Assembly: GCA_037917685.1 (NCBI GenBank)
Contig: JAVCBU010000006.1
Location: 207,089-271,088, forward strand
Direction of reading: 5' to 3'
Length of the DNA: 64,000 nt
DNA from: Thermoproteota archaeon
GTDB lineage: Archaea > Korarchaeota > Korarchaeia > Korarchaeales > JAOZGB01
Shown here piece by piece: positions 24,957 through 34,166 of this stretch; position 1 is the stretch's first letter; each line of letters starts with the position of its first letter. A program made the position numbers and the translations under genes. The notes under the pieces were generated by a model. The model made no database searches. It saw nothing but the letters and a program-made list of their open reading frames with translations, and was not told the DNA's origin.

Positions 24957-26288
24957 GTGGTACTTAAGGAAGTAGGGATATCTCTGAATAAAGCTGTAAG
25001 GCGGTTCCTAGGGCTCCCTCTGCCCGATGAGAAAGCAGTCAATGAATTTATTAAAGATGTCCAAAGAATTCTAATCAAAGCAGATGTAAACGTAGAGCTA
25101 GTTTACAAGCTAACGTCGAAGATAAAAGAAAAATCACTTAAGGCGGAAGTGCCAATTGGATTTAGCCGTAGGGACGTAGCTGTTAAGACATTATATGAGG
25201 AATTAATCAATCTGCTAGGAGAAAGGCAGAGAAAACTACCAATAAAACCCGGAAAAATAAATACCCTCCTATTTGTGGGTATAGAAGGCTCCGGCAAGAC
25301 CACTGTTGTAGCCAAACTAGCTAGACTTCTAGATAAACAGTACGGTAGGGTCGGGGTAATCTCTACTGATACGATAAGACCAGCAGCCAACATACAGCTT
25401 GAACAAATGCTACCTGAAAGTATTCCTGTATATTTTAATCCTAACAAAAAACCTGTAGAGATAGCGATTGATGGTATAAAAAGGTATAAGTCAAAGGGAT
25501 ACAATATCATTCTCATCGACACCGCCGGCCGACACAGAAATGAGAAAGACCTGATAAATGAAATGGTTGAACTCGAAAAAAAGATTAAACCAGATATAGT
25601 TATCCTGGTAGTCGATGCTACCATAGGCCAAGCAGCATACGCTCAAGCTAAAGCTTTCTCTGGAGCAACGAATGTGGGCGCAGTAATTGTAACAAAACTT
25701 GATAGTACAGCTAAAGGTGGAGGAGCCCTTTCAGCAGTTGCGGCAACAGGAGCTCCAATAGTATATGTTACTTCTGGAGAATCTCTTGATGATATAGAAG
25801 AATTTAACCCTCAGAGGTTTGTGTCAAGACTTCTAGGAATGGGAGACATTGAAGAGCTTGTAAAAAGAATGGAAGAAGCAAGCGTTGAAATAACACCCGA
25901 GGATATAAGAAAAATAGCCTCAGGAAAATTCACACTGCTTGACTTTAAAAACCAGATAGATCAGCTTGGTAAGTTAGGCCCTCTTAGCAAACTCATCGAC
26001 CTTATCCCAGGATTTAGCTTTAATCTACCATCCGAATTTGGATATCAAGCTCAGGACAAGATGAAAAAATGGGGGGTGATACTAAAATCAATGACTAAAG
26101 AGGAGTTGGAGAATCCGGAGCTTATCAAAAGAACAAGAATCATCCGAATTGCAAGAGGCTCAGGAGTCACTGTAAGAGATGTTAAAGAACTGTTAAAGGC
26201 TTATCATACAATGAAGAAAACTCTAAGCTCTATGGGACGGCGAGACATGAGAAAACTTATGAAAAAACTTGGGATGAAGGGGATGTAA
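24957..26288 (+). CDS. srp54: signal recognition particle protein Srp54
   Basis: 443 aa. NG domain (GIEGSGKTT, DTAGRH, TKLD) and a Met-rich M domain. Confidence 0.93.
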   Translation: MVLKEVGISLNKAVRRFLGLPLPDEKAVNEFIKDVQRILIKADVNVELVYKLTSKIKEKSLKAEVPIGFSRRDVAVKTLYEELINLLGERQRKLPIKPGKINTLLFVGIEGSGKTTVVAKLARLLDKQYGRVGVISTDTIRPAANIQLEQMLPESIPVYFNPNKKPVEIAIDGIKRYKSKGYNIILIDTAGRHRNEKDLINEMVELEKKIKPDIVILVVDATIGQAAYAQAKAFSGATNVGAVIVTKLDSTAKGGGALSAVAATGAPIVYVTSGESLDDIEEFNPQRFVSRLLGMGDIEELVKRMEEASVEITPEDIRKIASGKFTLLDFKNQIDQLGKLGPLSKLIDLIPGFSFNLPSEFGYQAQDKMKKWGVILKSMTKEELENPELIKRTRIIRIARGSGVTVRDVKELLKAYHTMKKTLSSMGRRDMRKLMKKLGMKGM

Positions 26289-26292
26289 GTAC

Positions 26293-27498
26293 TTGCCTAC
26301 GATAGAGGATCTAAAATCACTATTGGCTACATACAAACTTTGTAACAGGTGTCTTGGGAGGCAGTTTTACTACGCATGCCTATGGATTCCAACAGAAATC
26401 AAGGGGAAAATCGTGAAGGAGATAGCTGATTTCACCACGGTTGAGGAGGAGAAAGACTGCTATATCTGTGGGGGGCTTATATACCAGTTGGAAAGCATTG
26501 GAGAGAGAATCCTCGACAAGTTAGGAGAATACGAGTTTGAGAGCTTTAAGATTGGCACCATCTTCCCAGCGGATGTGCTTGAAAGGGAGGACGAGATTAG
26601 AAGTTTAATTTATCCGATAGATGCTGCCAGTATCAAAGTTGAATTTAACCAGTACCTAGACAGCTTTGTACATAGTAAAACTAAGGCCGTAATAAATAAT
26701 CGAGATCCGGACGTAAAGATAACAGTGAACATACCTTACGATGCAATATATGTCGAAGTTAAACCCATAGTCATTGCTGGCCGCTACCTTAAATATGAAA
26801 GAAACATTCCTCAAACATCATGGGCGTGTAGACACTGCAAGGGAATAGGCTGTGAGGCGTGTAACTGGACTGGTAAAGAGTATGGAACATCAATTGAGGA
26901 TTTACTAATTAACATCATCCTCCCATACTTTGAGGGCGAGAGGGCTATTCTTCATGCGGGAGGAAGGGAAGACGTAGATGTAAGAGTTTTAGGGTCCGGT
27001 AGGCCCTTTGCATTAGAGATAATTACACCTAAGAAAAGGAATGTCGATCTTGAAAAGGTGGAAAAGGACCTCAATGAAAAATATGAGGGTGTAATAGAGG
27101 TTAAAGGGTTAAGGTACGTCGATAAAAGCTATATTGGCAAAGTTAAGAGTGAAATGGAGAAAGCCGTCAAGACTTATCTTGCTCTAGTAAAATCTGACGA
27201 TCCAATAGACGATGTAGCCATAGGAAAGGTTGTCAAAAGACTTAAAGGGGCGCTGATCCATCAGAGAACACCAAGAAGAGTTGCACATAGAAGGGTTGAC
27301 AGAGTTAGGCTTAAAAGGATCTACGATATAAGTATTCAGAGGGTATCGGAAAACATGTTTAAGATGACAGTAAAGTGTGAGGGAGGAACATACGTGAAGG
27401 AGCTGATAACAGGTGATGATGGTAGAACAAAACCAAGTGTCAGTGGCATACTGGGTTTAAAGGTGGAATGCATTCAGCTGGATGTGATAGATATATAG
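26293..27498 (+). CDS. pus10: tRNA pseudouridine synthase Pus10 (psi54/55)
   Basis: 401 aa. N-terminal CxxC/CxxC zinc module, a second Cys cluster CRHCKGIGCEACNWTG, and GGREDVDVRVLGSGRPFALEI. Confidence 0.85.
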   Translation: MPTIEDLKSLLATYKLCNRCLGRQFYYACLWIPTEIKGKIVKEIADFTTVEEEKDCYICGGLIYQLESIGERILDKLGEYEFESFKIGTIFPADVLEREDEIRSLIYPIDAASIKVEFNQYLDSFVHSKTKAVINNRDPDVKITVNIPYDAIYVEVKPIVIAGRYLKYERNIPQTSWACRHCKGIGCEACNWTGKEYGTSIEDLLINIILPYFEGERAILHAGGREDVDVRVLGSGRPFALEIITPKKRNVDLEKVEKDLNEKYEGVIEVKGLRYVDKSYIGKVKSEMEKAVKTYLALVKSDDPIDDVAIGKVVKRLKGALIHQRTPRRVAHRRVDRVRLKRIYDISIQRVSENMFKMTVKCEGGTYVKELITGDDGRTKPSVSGILGLKVECIQLDVIDI

Positions 27499-27801
27499 GT
27501 GAGCCTAATGGTGAAAAGGAGTAAAGGTTTTTTGTCGAGATCTAGAAAATTCCTAACGAAAAAGCCAAGGGAAAGAGGGCTTCCCGGAGTCTCGAGATTC
27601 CTACAAGAATTCAAAATCGGTGAGAAAGTGTATATCGACGTAGAACCAGCAGTTAGGAATGCAATGCCGCACAGGAGATACCAGGGTAAAACCGGGATAG
27701 TTACAGGCAAAAGGGGAAGAGCATACCTAGTTGATGTTAAAGTGGGCTCAAAGGTAAAACATCTTATAATTCACCCTGTTCACTTGAAGCCGGTGAGGTA
27801 A
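27499..27801 (+). CDS. rpl21e: 50S ribosomal protein eL21
   Basis: MVKRSKGFLSRSRKFL... PHRRYQGKTG. ATG 27508 is the likely start. Confidence 0.9.
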   Translation: MSLMVKRSKGFLSRSRKFLTKKPRERGLPGVSRFLQEFKIGEKVYIDVEPAVRNAMPHRRYQGKTGIVTGKRGRAYLVDVKVGSKVKHLIIHPVHLKPVR

Positions 27802-28140
27802 ATGGAAATAGTAGAGAAGACATCGGTTCTATCAGCTCCGGAGGTCAGGTCGATACTCCTAAAGTTATGGGAAAATAAGGGTGTAGAGAATCTGACAAAA
27901 ACACAAAGGATGACAATGGAATATCTAAACCAGTTTTCAGATATTAACCCGGATAAGGCACGGGCGGCAGTAAAAAAACTCATGGATCTTGGTTTAAAAG
28001 AGGAAGATGCTGCCATGCTTGTAGGTTTGAAAATTAAAAAGCGAGAGGAAGTTAGGACAGCCCTATTCGTAGCCTATCCCTTGTTGACAGGTAAAACATA
28101 TGATGAAATTATAAAAATACTCTCAGAGATTCGGGATTAG
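27802..28140 (+). CDS. rpoF: DNA-directed RNA polymerase subunit F (Rpo4)
   Basis: 112 aa, helical. Conserved archaeal triad rpl21e-rpoF-DUF655. Confidence 0.75.
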   Translation: MEIVEKTSVLSAPEVRSILLKLWENKGVENLTKTQRMTMEYLNQFSDINPDKARAAVKKLMDLGLKEEDAAMLVGLKIKKREEVRTALFVAYPLLTGKTYDEIIKILSEIRD

Positions 28141-28150
28141 GGGGCTTAAA

Positions 28151-28738
28151 GTGGGTAGCAGAACGCCCAAACTTCTTGAAGAGCATGGTATAATACTTAA
28201 TATTTATAGAAGGAGGGTTGAGAAACGCATGAGGACTGTTGCTGAAGCGATAGGGACAAAATACTTTACGCTTCTGGAACTTTTGATCCTAGAAGGCGTT
28301 AATATTGAAGTTGGTGAAAAAGTCTACATAGGAAGAGGCTTCCGGCTCAAAGTTGAAGCAGTCCTGAGAGTGTTGAGATACGAAGAATTATCCTCTCTTG
28401 CTCGAATGGAACTTGAGAATGCCGTTAGAAAAATTGTAGAGGAGAACGAAGAGAGATTTTTGTCATTTTTCAATAAAAGTAAACCTATAAACATACGTAT
28501 TCATGAACTGAATCTTCTTCCAGGTATTGGAAGGAAGACTATGTGGAAGATACTTGATGAACGTTCTAAAAAGCCATTCACCAGTTTTGATGACCTAGAA
28601 GAAAGAACGGACGTTCGCAACCCAAAGGGGGCGATAATACAGAGGATATTGGAGGAACTTCAAACGAAATGTAGACATTCCCTTTTTGTTGCTAAGCCGC
28701 TCGAAAGACAATATCCAAGGTTTATTTATAACTCGTAA
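28151..28738 (+). CDS. DUF655 protein (predicted nucleic-acid-binding, helix-hairpin-helix)
   Basis: 195 aa. HhH-like LNLLPGIGRKTMWKILDER. Conserved position after rpoF. Confidence 0.7.
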   Translation: MGSRTPKLLEEHGIILNIYRRRVEKRMRTVAEAIGTKYFTLLELLILEGVNIEVGEKVYIGRGFRLKVEAVLRVLRYEELSSLARMELENAVRKIVEENEERFLSFFNKSKPINIRIHELNLLPGIGRKTMWKILDERSKKPFTSFDDLEERTDVRNPKGAIIQRILEELQTKCRHSLFVAKPLERQYPRFIYNS

Positions 28739-28974
28739 GCTCTTCTTTTCTTAGATCTTGGAAATTCGATCATCATATCTTCTAGTAGCTTCATAACTGC
28801 GTCCTCACGATGTGTAGGTTTAACCTCCCCCTCCTTCGGATTACTTGGATTCCTGACAACATTAAAAAGCCCGGATCCGCAGTTTGGGCATCTGAGCTTA
28901 CCATCCTTTGTCCTCAGCTCTTCATCAGTAAAGAGTTTCCCGCATACTCTGCATCTTCTTAAGATGCTTGACAA
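28726..28974 (-). CDS. small zinc-ribbon protein
   Basis: 82 aa. CRVCGKLF...CPNCGSG ribbon and a basic C-terminal tail. TTG start. Confidence 0.5.
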   Translation of the reverse strand: MSSILRRCRVCGKLFTDEELRTKDGKLRCPNCGSGLFNVVRNPSNPKEGEVKPTHREDAVMKLLEDMMIEFPRSKKRRAYEL

Positions 28975-29042
28975 TGTTATCCACTATATGGAATCTTTAC
29001 TTTCTTTAAAAGATATGTGAACTATCAATTAGGTGAACTACG

Positions 29043-30611
29043 TTGACAGACACCAAACCTATAATTCCAGACTTAAATTCAATATTGTACTCCCTGATAC
29101 TGAAAGAAGAAGGGTTAGACCGTATTAGAAATAGAAAAATCATAATTCCCTCATCCTATGTAAGATTGTTTGTCAAAAGGTCAGAGGAAGGAGACAAATG
29201 GGCTTTAGATGGGCTTAAAACCATCCAGAAACTTAGAATCATGTTCAAAAAGGGTATAATAGCCGGTTTAGACATAGTAGACTCCCCTATAATGCCCCAA
29301 GACCGTCTTTTACCATTGCTTGCATCTAAATATAATGCGGTCATTATCACTGGAGACTACATACTATATCAGATGCTTGTGACACTGGACATAAACACAA
29401 TCTACATCGGTCCACCAATAGGTCAGATAGAAGCGTTAAAGTATTTTGATGCTCAGACTTTGAGCATTCATCTAAAAGAAGGCGCGAAGCCCCTGGCAAA
29501 GAAGGGTAAGCCAGGAAGCTTTAACCTAGTGGAGTTATCTAATAAGGTTTTAACAAGAGAAGACATGCTTAGAATGGCGTATGAAGTCATAGAGAGTTCA
29601 AATATAGACCCGAATACAACAATTGAAATTAAAAGACGGGGAGCCTATGTAATACAGAAGGGGGAATACAGGATCTCAGTATCATTCCCACCCTTCTCTG
29701 ACGGAATCGAAATAACTGCTGTTCGACCACTTGTAAGAGTTCTACTGGAGGACTACGACCTCAGCGACAAGTTAAAAAAGAGGATTAGGGAGAGAGCAGC
29801 TGGCATAATAATAGCCGGTCCGCCAGGATCTGGTAAGACAACCTTTGCAAGTGCTCTCATAGAATTCTACAGAAGAAACAGGAAAATAGTGAAAACCCTT
29901 GAATCACCCAGAGATTTACAGGTAGATCCAGAAGTGACGCAGTATACAAGGCTGGAGGGAAGCTTCGAGAAGACAGCCGATCTACTACTCCTTGTTAGGC
30001 CGGATTACGTCTGCTTTGATGAAATGCGTAAAACTGGAGACTTCAAAATCTATACAGACATGCGTCTTGCAGGTATAGGAATGATAGGTGTAGTTCACTG
30101 CGGGTCCCCTATCGAAGCAATTCAGAGATTTATAGGTAGAGTCGACCTTGGACTACTCCCTCACATAGTAGACACAATAATATTCATAGAAAATGGGAGG
30201 ATAAAAGAAGTTTTGAGCCTTGAGATAACAGTTAAGCTCCCTGAAGGAATGAAGGATAGAGCCTTAGCTAGGCCTGTTATAGTTGTAAGAGATTTTGAAT
30301 CTGGCAATCCAATATATGAAATATACTCGTTTGCAGATGAGGTTATAATATTCCCTGTTGGGAGGAGAAAGCAGCCTATAAAGGGTGAAGTCGTTCCATA
30401 CCAGTATAGACGTAGAAAGAAAACGCTTCAGTTGATGTTTCCACCATCATATGCAGGAAAACATATTTCATTGTACTCGAATAAGGTGAGGCTAGGAAGC
30501 AGATTAGCTGACGACAAAGCTACTATAGTTATACCACTCAGATCTAAGCTTGGAAAAGTATTGCTTAAAGCACTTAGGGAGGGTATTCTCGAAGTTAGGT
30601 CTGAGGAGTAA
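29043..30611 (+). CDS. PIN-domain / PilT-like P-loop ATPase fusion protein
   Basis: 522 aa. N-terminal PIN-like region, Walker A GPPGSGKTT, Walker B-like VCFDEMR. Confidence 0.7.
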   Translation: MTDTKPIIPDLNSILYSLILKEEGLDRIRNRKIIIPSSYVRLFVKRSEEGDKWALDGLKTIQKLRIMFKKGIIAGLDIVDSPIMPQDRLLPLLASKYNAVIITGDYILYQMLVTLDINTIYIGPPIGQIEALKYFDAQTLSIHLKEGAKPLAKKGKPGSFNLVELSNKVLTREDMLRMAYEVIESSNIDPNTTIEIKRRGAYVIQKGEYRISVSFPPFSDGIEITAVRPLVRVLLEDYDLSDKLKKRIRERAAGIIIAGPPGSGKTTFASALIEFYRRNRKIVKTLESPRDLQVDPEVTQYTRLEGSFEKTADLLLLVRPDYVCFDEMRKTGDFKIYTDMRLAGIGMIGVVHCGSPIEAIQRFIGRVDLGLLPHIVDTIIFIENGRIKEVLSLEITVKLPEGMKDRALARPVIVVRDFESGNPIYEIYSFADEVIIFPVGRRKQPIKGEVVPYQYRRRKKTLQLMFPPSYAGKHISLYSNKVRLGSRLADDKATIVIPLRSKLGKVLLKALREGILEVRSEE

Positions 30612-31119
30612 GTGAATAAATAGTCCTGAGCCTCTCAGCAGCGTTTATCTCATTTAAAAACTCTGCTACAGAGGCTGGGACAAGAGGTTCCCACCTCTCG
30701 CCGTTTAAAATTTTCATTCTTATTTTCGTTGCTTCATAAATTTCTCTTTTGTAAAAAGGTATAGGCTCGACTTTTACATTCAAATCCGCAATCTCACGTT
30801 TAGTCCATGGGTCATTAGTAAATACAACATCAAAGCTTGGACACCTAGATTTAACTATCTCAGACCATTTTTCACCTGGTCTCGAATCAGGGATAGCAGT
30901 AATACACAACCTTCCAAAATCAACATTCACCTCTTTTAACGCTAAAACAACCATTGTAAATCTCTCACTGATAGAAAAGGGATTCTTAACCGTATCTTTA
31001 AACTGTGAACTACCGATCCCTATGATCAAGAAGTTAACTTTTGAAAGGCAATACTCTACAGCCCTAAGATGACCGTAGTGGAAAGGTTGGAATCGGCCGA
31101 TATACAAGCCTCTAATCAA
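30595..31119 (-). CDS. nicotinamide-nucleotide adenylyltransferase (archaeal NMNAT)
   Basis: 174 aa. N-terminal RGLYIGRFQPFHYGHL. Confidence 0.88.
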   Translation of the reverse strand: MIRGLYIGRFQPFHYGHLRAVEYCLSKVNFLIIGIGSSQFKDTVKNPFSISERFTMVVLALKEVNVDFGRLCITAIPDSRPGEKWSEIVKSRCPSFDVVFTNDPWTKREIADLNVKVEPIPFYKREIYEATKIRMKILNGERWEPLVPASVAEFLNEINAAERLRTIYSLTPQT

Positions 31120-31771
31120 ATCCTAACACCCTCAACCTGTGAAAAATGGTTACCTTTATTATAAGACTTAGAGGGGTAATCACCCCCACAGGCATAGTTA
31201 AGCCCTGGCTAATACTTTTAAGAATATTATCAAGCTCAAAATCAGCTTCGACTATGGTATAAGCATTTCCAACCTCCCATACTGAGTGGGCGTCGCTACC
31301 TCCTACACAGCTTAATCCAAGAGCCTTACACTTTTTCTCGGCTTTTCGATTCTCAAATCCTCTAGCTCGAGCATTTAAAGTCTCAATACCGTTGAAATCT
31401 AACCTTAACATATAATCTCCTAAGCTCCCTCTCGAAAGTATAGAATACGGATGGGCGGCGATGGCTAACCCACCTCGTTCATGTATCTCATCCACGACTT
31501 CTTCTGGTTCTACGTCAGGCCGAATTTCATCGTACACCCCCAGAGCAAGGATGTCTCCTCTTTTGCTTCTGACTTCAATGCCTGGGATAACAATGAAGTT
31601 ATCAATCTTTTTGGCTATTTTAATCGCTTCTAAGCTTCCAGCGATAGTGTTATGATCTGTAATAGCAATTCCATCCAGCCCTTTGGATTTTGCAACCTTA
31701 ATTAAGCTATATACGTCATGTATTCCATCGGAAAAGGTACTATGAACGTGAAGGTCTATTTTAACTTTCAA
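31112..31771 (-). CDS. PHP-domain metal-dependent phosphoesterase
   Basis: 219 aa. DLHVHSTFSDG, ITDHN and GGSDAH motifs. 8-nt overlap with the NMNAT gene. Confidence 0.8.
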   Translation of the reverse strand: MKVKIDLHVHSTFSDGIHDVYSLIKVAKSKGLDGIAITDHNTIAGSLEAIKIAKKIDNFIVIPGIEVRSKRGDILALGVYDEIRPDVEPEEVVDEIHERGGLAIAAHPYSILSRGSLGDYMLRLDFNGIETLNARARGFENRKAEKKCKALGLSCVGGSDAHSVWEVGNAYTIVEADFELDNILKSISQGLTMPVGVITPLSLIIKVTIFHRLRVLGFD

Positions 31772-31979
31772 ACCTACATCCCCCGTGTAGATAGTTTTAG
31801 TTCAGTTGCCTGCATAATTTTAAACTTAACAAGCTAAATTCAATCATACACCAATCAGTCTGTGCATGAAAGACAACTCCATGTTGATTTAAAACTCACA
31901 TAGCGGTTTCCTAACACAGCTTGATATCGTTCATCCATAACATTAAGATTTTAAGATCGTCCGGCTTAGATGTGTTAAC

Positions 31980-33245
31980 ATGGCAAGAACTTCAAGACTC
32001 CCTGGTTTTTACAATCTTGCAGTTGATGAAAGACTTAGAATAGTGGCAGACTTCGCGGGTCTCTCGGATGAGGAGGTTGCTCTACTTAAGAATACAGGTT
32101 CCTTAGATGTTGATTTAGCGAATAGGATGATTGAAAATGTAATTGGTGTAATGCCCGTAACACTTGGTATAGCTACTAACTTCCTGATAAATGGTAAAGA
32201 CTACTTAATCCCAATGGCCATAGAAGAACCTTCAGTAGTAGCCGCTGCGAGTCACGCAGCTAAACTTGCTAGGGTGAAAGGTGGATTTTCAACAAGTAGC
32301 ACAGAACCTGTGATGATAGGTCAAATACAAGTTGTAGGTCTCAGCGATCCGTACCGTGCAAAGTTTGATGTGCTTAACGCGAAAAATGAAATCATAGAAA
32401 GAGCTAACGAAAAAGACCCAATCCTAGTCAAGCTTGGTGGTGGGGTCAAAGACGTTCAAGCTAAAGTTATTGAGACATTTATGGGTTCAATGTTAATTGT
32501 AGAGTTGCTTGTTGATGTAAGAGATGCCATGGGGGCTAACGCTGTAAACACTATGTGCGAAGCGGTGGCCCCCCTTGTAGAAGATATTACAGGAGGGCGG
32601 GTTAGACTCAGGATAATCTCAAATTTAGCCACGCATAGAATTGCAAGGGCTAAGGCTGTTTTTGATAAGGACGCTATAGGGGGGGAAGATGTCGTCGAGG
32701 GAATAATGGAAGCCTACGCATTTGCATGTGAAGACCCATATAGGGCGGCCACCCACAACAAGGGGATAATGAATGGGATTACAGCAGTCGTCTTAGCAAC
32801 AGGAAATGACACAAGGGCTATAGAGGCTGGATGTCACGCTTACGCGTCAAGATTTGGGTGGTATACCTCGCTTTCAACATGGGAAGTGAATGATGATGGA
32901 GATCTCGTTGGATACCTTGAAATTCCAGCGGCTGTTGGCATCATCGGAGGAGCAACAAAAGTTCACCCAATAGCCAAGATAAACCTTAAAATACTAGGTG
33001 TAAAGACTGCAAGAGAGTTGTCTGAGATTCTTGCAGCTGTAGGGCTTGCTCAAAACTTTGCCGCTCTCAGAGCTCTCGCAACTGAAGGAATTCAAAGGGG
33101 TCACATGGAACTCCACGCTAGAAACGTTGCTATAATGGCTGGAGCAAAGGGAAAGTTAGTTGACCTGGTAGCTGAGAGAATGGTTAAAGAAGGTGTTATA
33201 CGTATTGACAAAGCTAAAGAAATATTAAGAGAGCTTAAATCCTAG
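31980..33245 (+). CDS. hmgA: hydroxymethylglutaryl-CoA reductase, class II (bacterial/degradative type) signature
   Basis: 421 aa. Motifs ENVIG, PMAIEEPSVVAAAS, DAMGANAVNT, ATHNKGIMNG and ATEGIQRGHMELHARN. Confidence 0.9.
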   Translation: MARTSRLPGFYNLAVDERLRIVADFAGLSDEEVALLKNTGSLDVDLANRMIENVIGVMPVTLGIATNFLINGKDYLIPMAIEEPSVVAAASHAAKLARVKGGFSTSSTEPVMIGQIQVVGLSDPYRAKFDVLNAKNEIIERANEKDPILVKLGGGVKDVQAKVIETFMGSMLIVELLVDVRDAMGANAVNTMCEAVAPLVEDITGGRVRLRIISNLATHRIARAKAVFDKDAIGGEDVVEGIMEAYAFACEDPYRAATHNKGIMNGITAVVLATGNDTRAIEAGCHAYASRFGWYTSLSTWEVNDDGDLVGYLEIPAAVGIIGGATKVHPIAKINLKILGVKTARELSEILAAVGLAQNFAALRALATEGIQRGHMELHARNVAIMAGAKGKLVDLVAERMVKEGVIRIDKAKEILRELKS

Positions 33246-34107
33246 CCTTCAGCCAATATGCAAGCTTAAGGAGGCCGGCGTGGACAAGGTCGAAATTAGA
33301 CCCCACATAATCTAAGCCATCTCCCTCTATAGTTGCATTTATTTCCCCGACGCCTGAAAGCCATGCTTTCCTAATATGGGCTACTAGGAGAGGGTTAAAA
33401 CCCAAAATTCTGGCGCATACCGAGTCAACAGCGACAATGTCTTTCCCAGCGATAATTAAACCAGTTCTCTTAGGGTACCCATATGTGGGTCCTTTTTCTC
33501 CTTCCATCGATATTATCCCATCAACTATGGAGAAATCTACCTTCATTGCAATATTTGCATCCACAATAGCATCATCGAGATACTTGTGATATACTATCTT
33601 CCTCTTATTTGGGATTGCTCCGAACATATTTTTCAAGCCACATGTAACCTTTGTCAGAAGATGCGTCTTCAGCTTGGAAAGCGATATTATATAATCTGCT
33701 TTACCAATCGTTCTAGCAATTTTGATCTTTCTCAGCTTCCTCCCATTCAACGTTACTTCATCAGTGACGTCCTTAGTCAAGTTTACAAGTTTAAAACCAA
33801 GCTCTTTGGCCATATCTTCAAATCCCAGCCATTTAAAGAGAATGTCAGCATTCATGGAGGTAGCATCACTTTCAACAACATACACCTCTCCAGGAGAGTA
33901 CTTGGCTCTTATGTGATTTACGAGGGCTTTTAGGACTCTCGGGTCAGTTGTAGCGCCTGAAGTATAATCTCTAAAATTGCAAAGGTTAATCTTAATAACA
34001 ACCCTGCCTCCTTTCTTTATCCCCATACCTCCAGCTATTTCGATGGCACGGCTTACCGCACTATATATATTCTTTGAAACCCTAACTACCGATACTTTAG
34101 GTTTCAA
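33235..34107 (-). CDS. DUF362 domain protein
   Basis: 290 aa. Pattern RVVIKINLCNFRDYTSGATTDPRVLKALV, typical of DUF362. Confidence 0.7.
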   Translation of the reverse strand: MKPKVSVVRVSKNIYSAVSRAIEIAGGMGIKKGGRVVIKINLCNFRDYTSGATTDPRVLKALVNHIRAKYSPGEVYVVESDATSMNADILFKWLGFEDMAKELGFKLVNLTKDVTDEVTLNGRKLRKIKIARTIGKADYIISLSKLKTHLLTKVTCGLKNMFGAIPNKRKIVYHKYLDDAIVDANIAMKVDFSIVDGIISMEGEKGPTYGYPKRTGLIIAGKDIVAVDSVCARILGFNPLLVAHIRKAWLSGVGEINATIEGDGLDYVGSNFDLVHAGLLKLAYWLKARI

Positions 34108-34166
34108 TTGCTAGCTCATTCCCTCGTGAAACATATAATAATAGTTAGACGTTATATCAAAGAAAT

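Noticed and set aside
31772-31979. The 208-nt spacer between the PHP gene and hmgA as a possible ncRNA locus.
   Set aside because: It is AT-rich like ordinary promoter spacers, with no GC enrichment, no convincing stems and no box motifs. Only a short, unconvincing ORF (MKDNSMLI*) is present.
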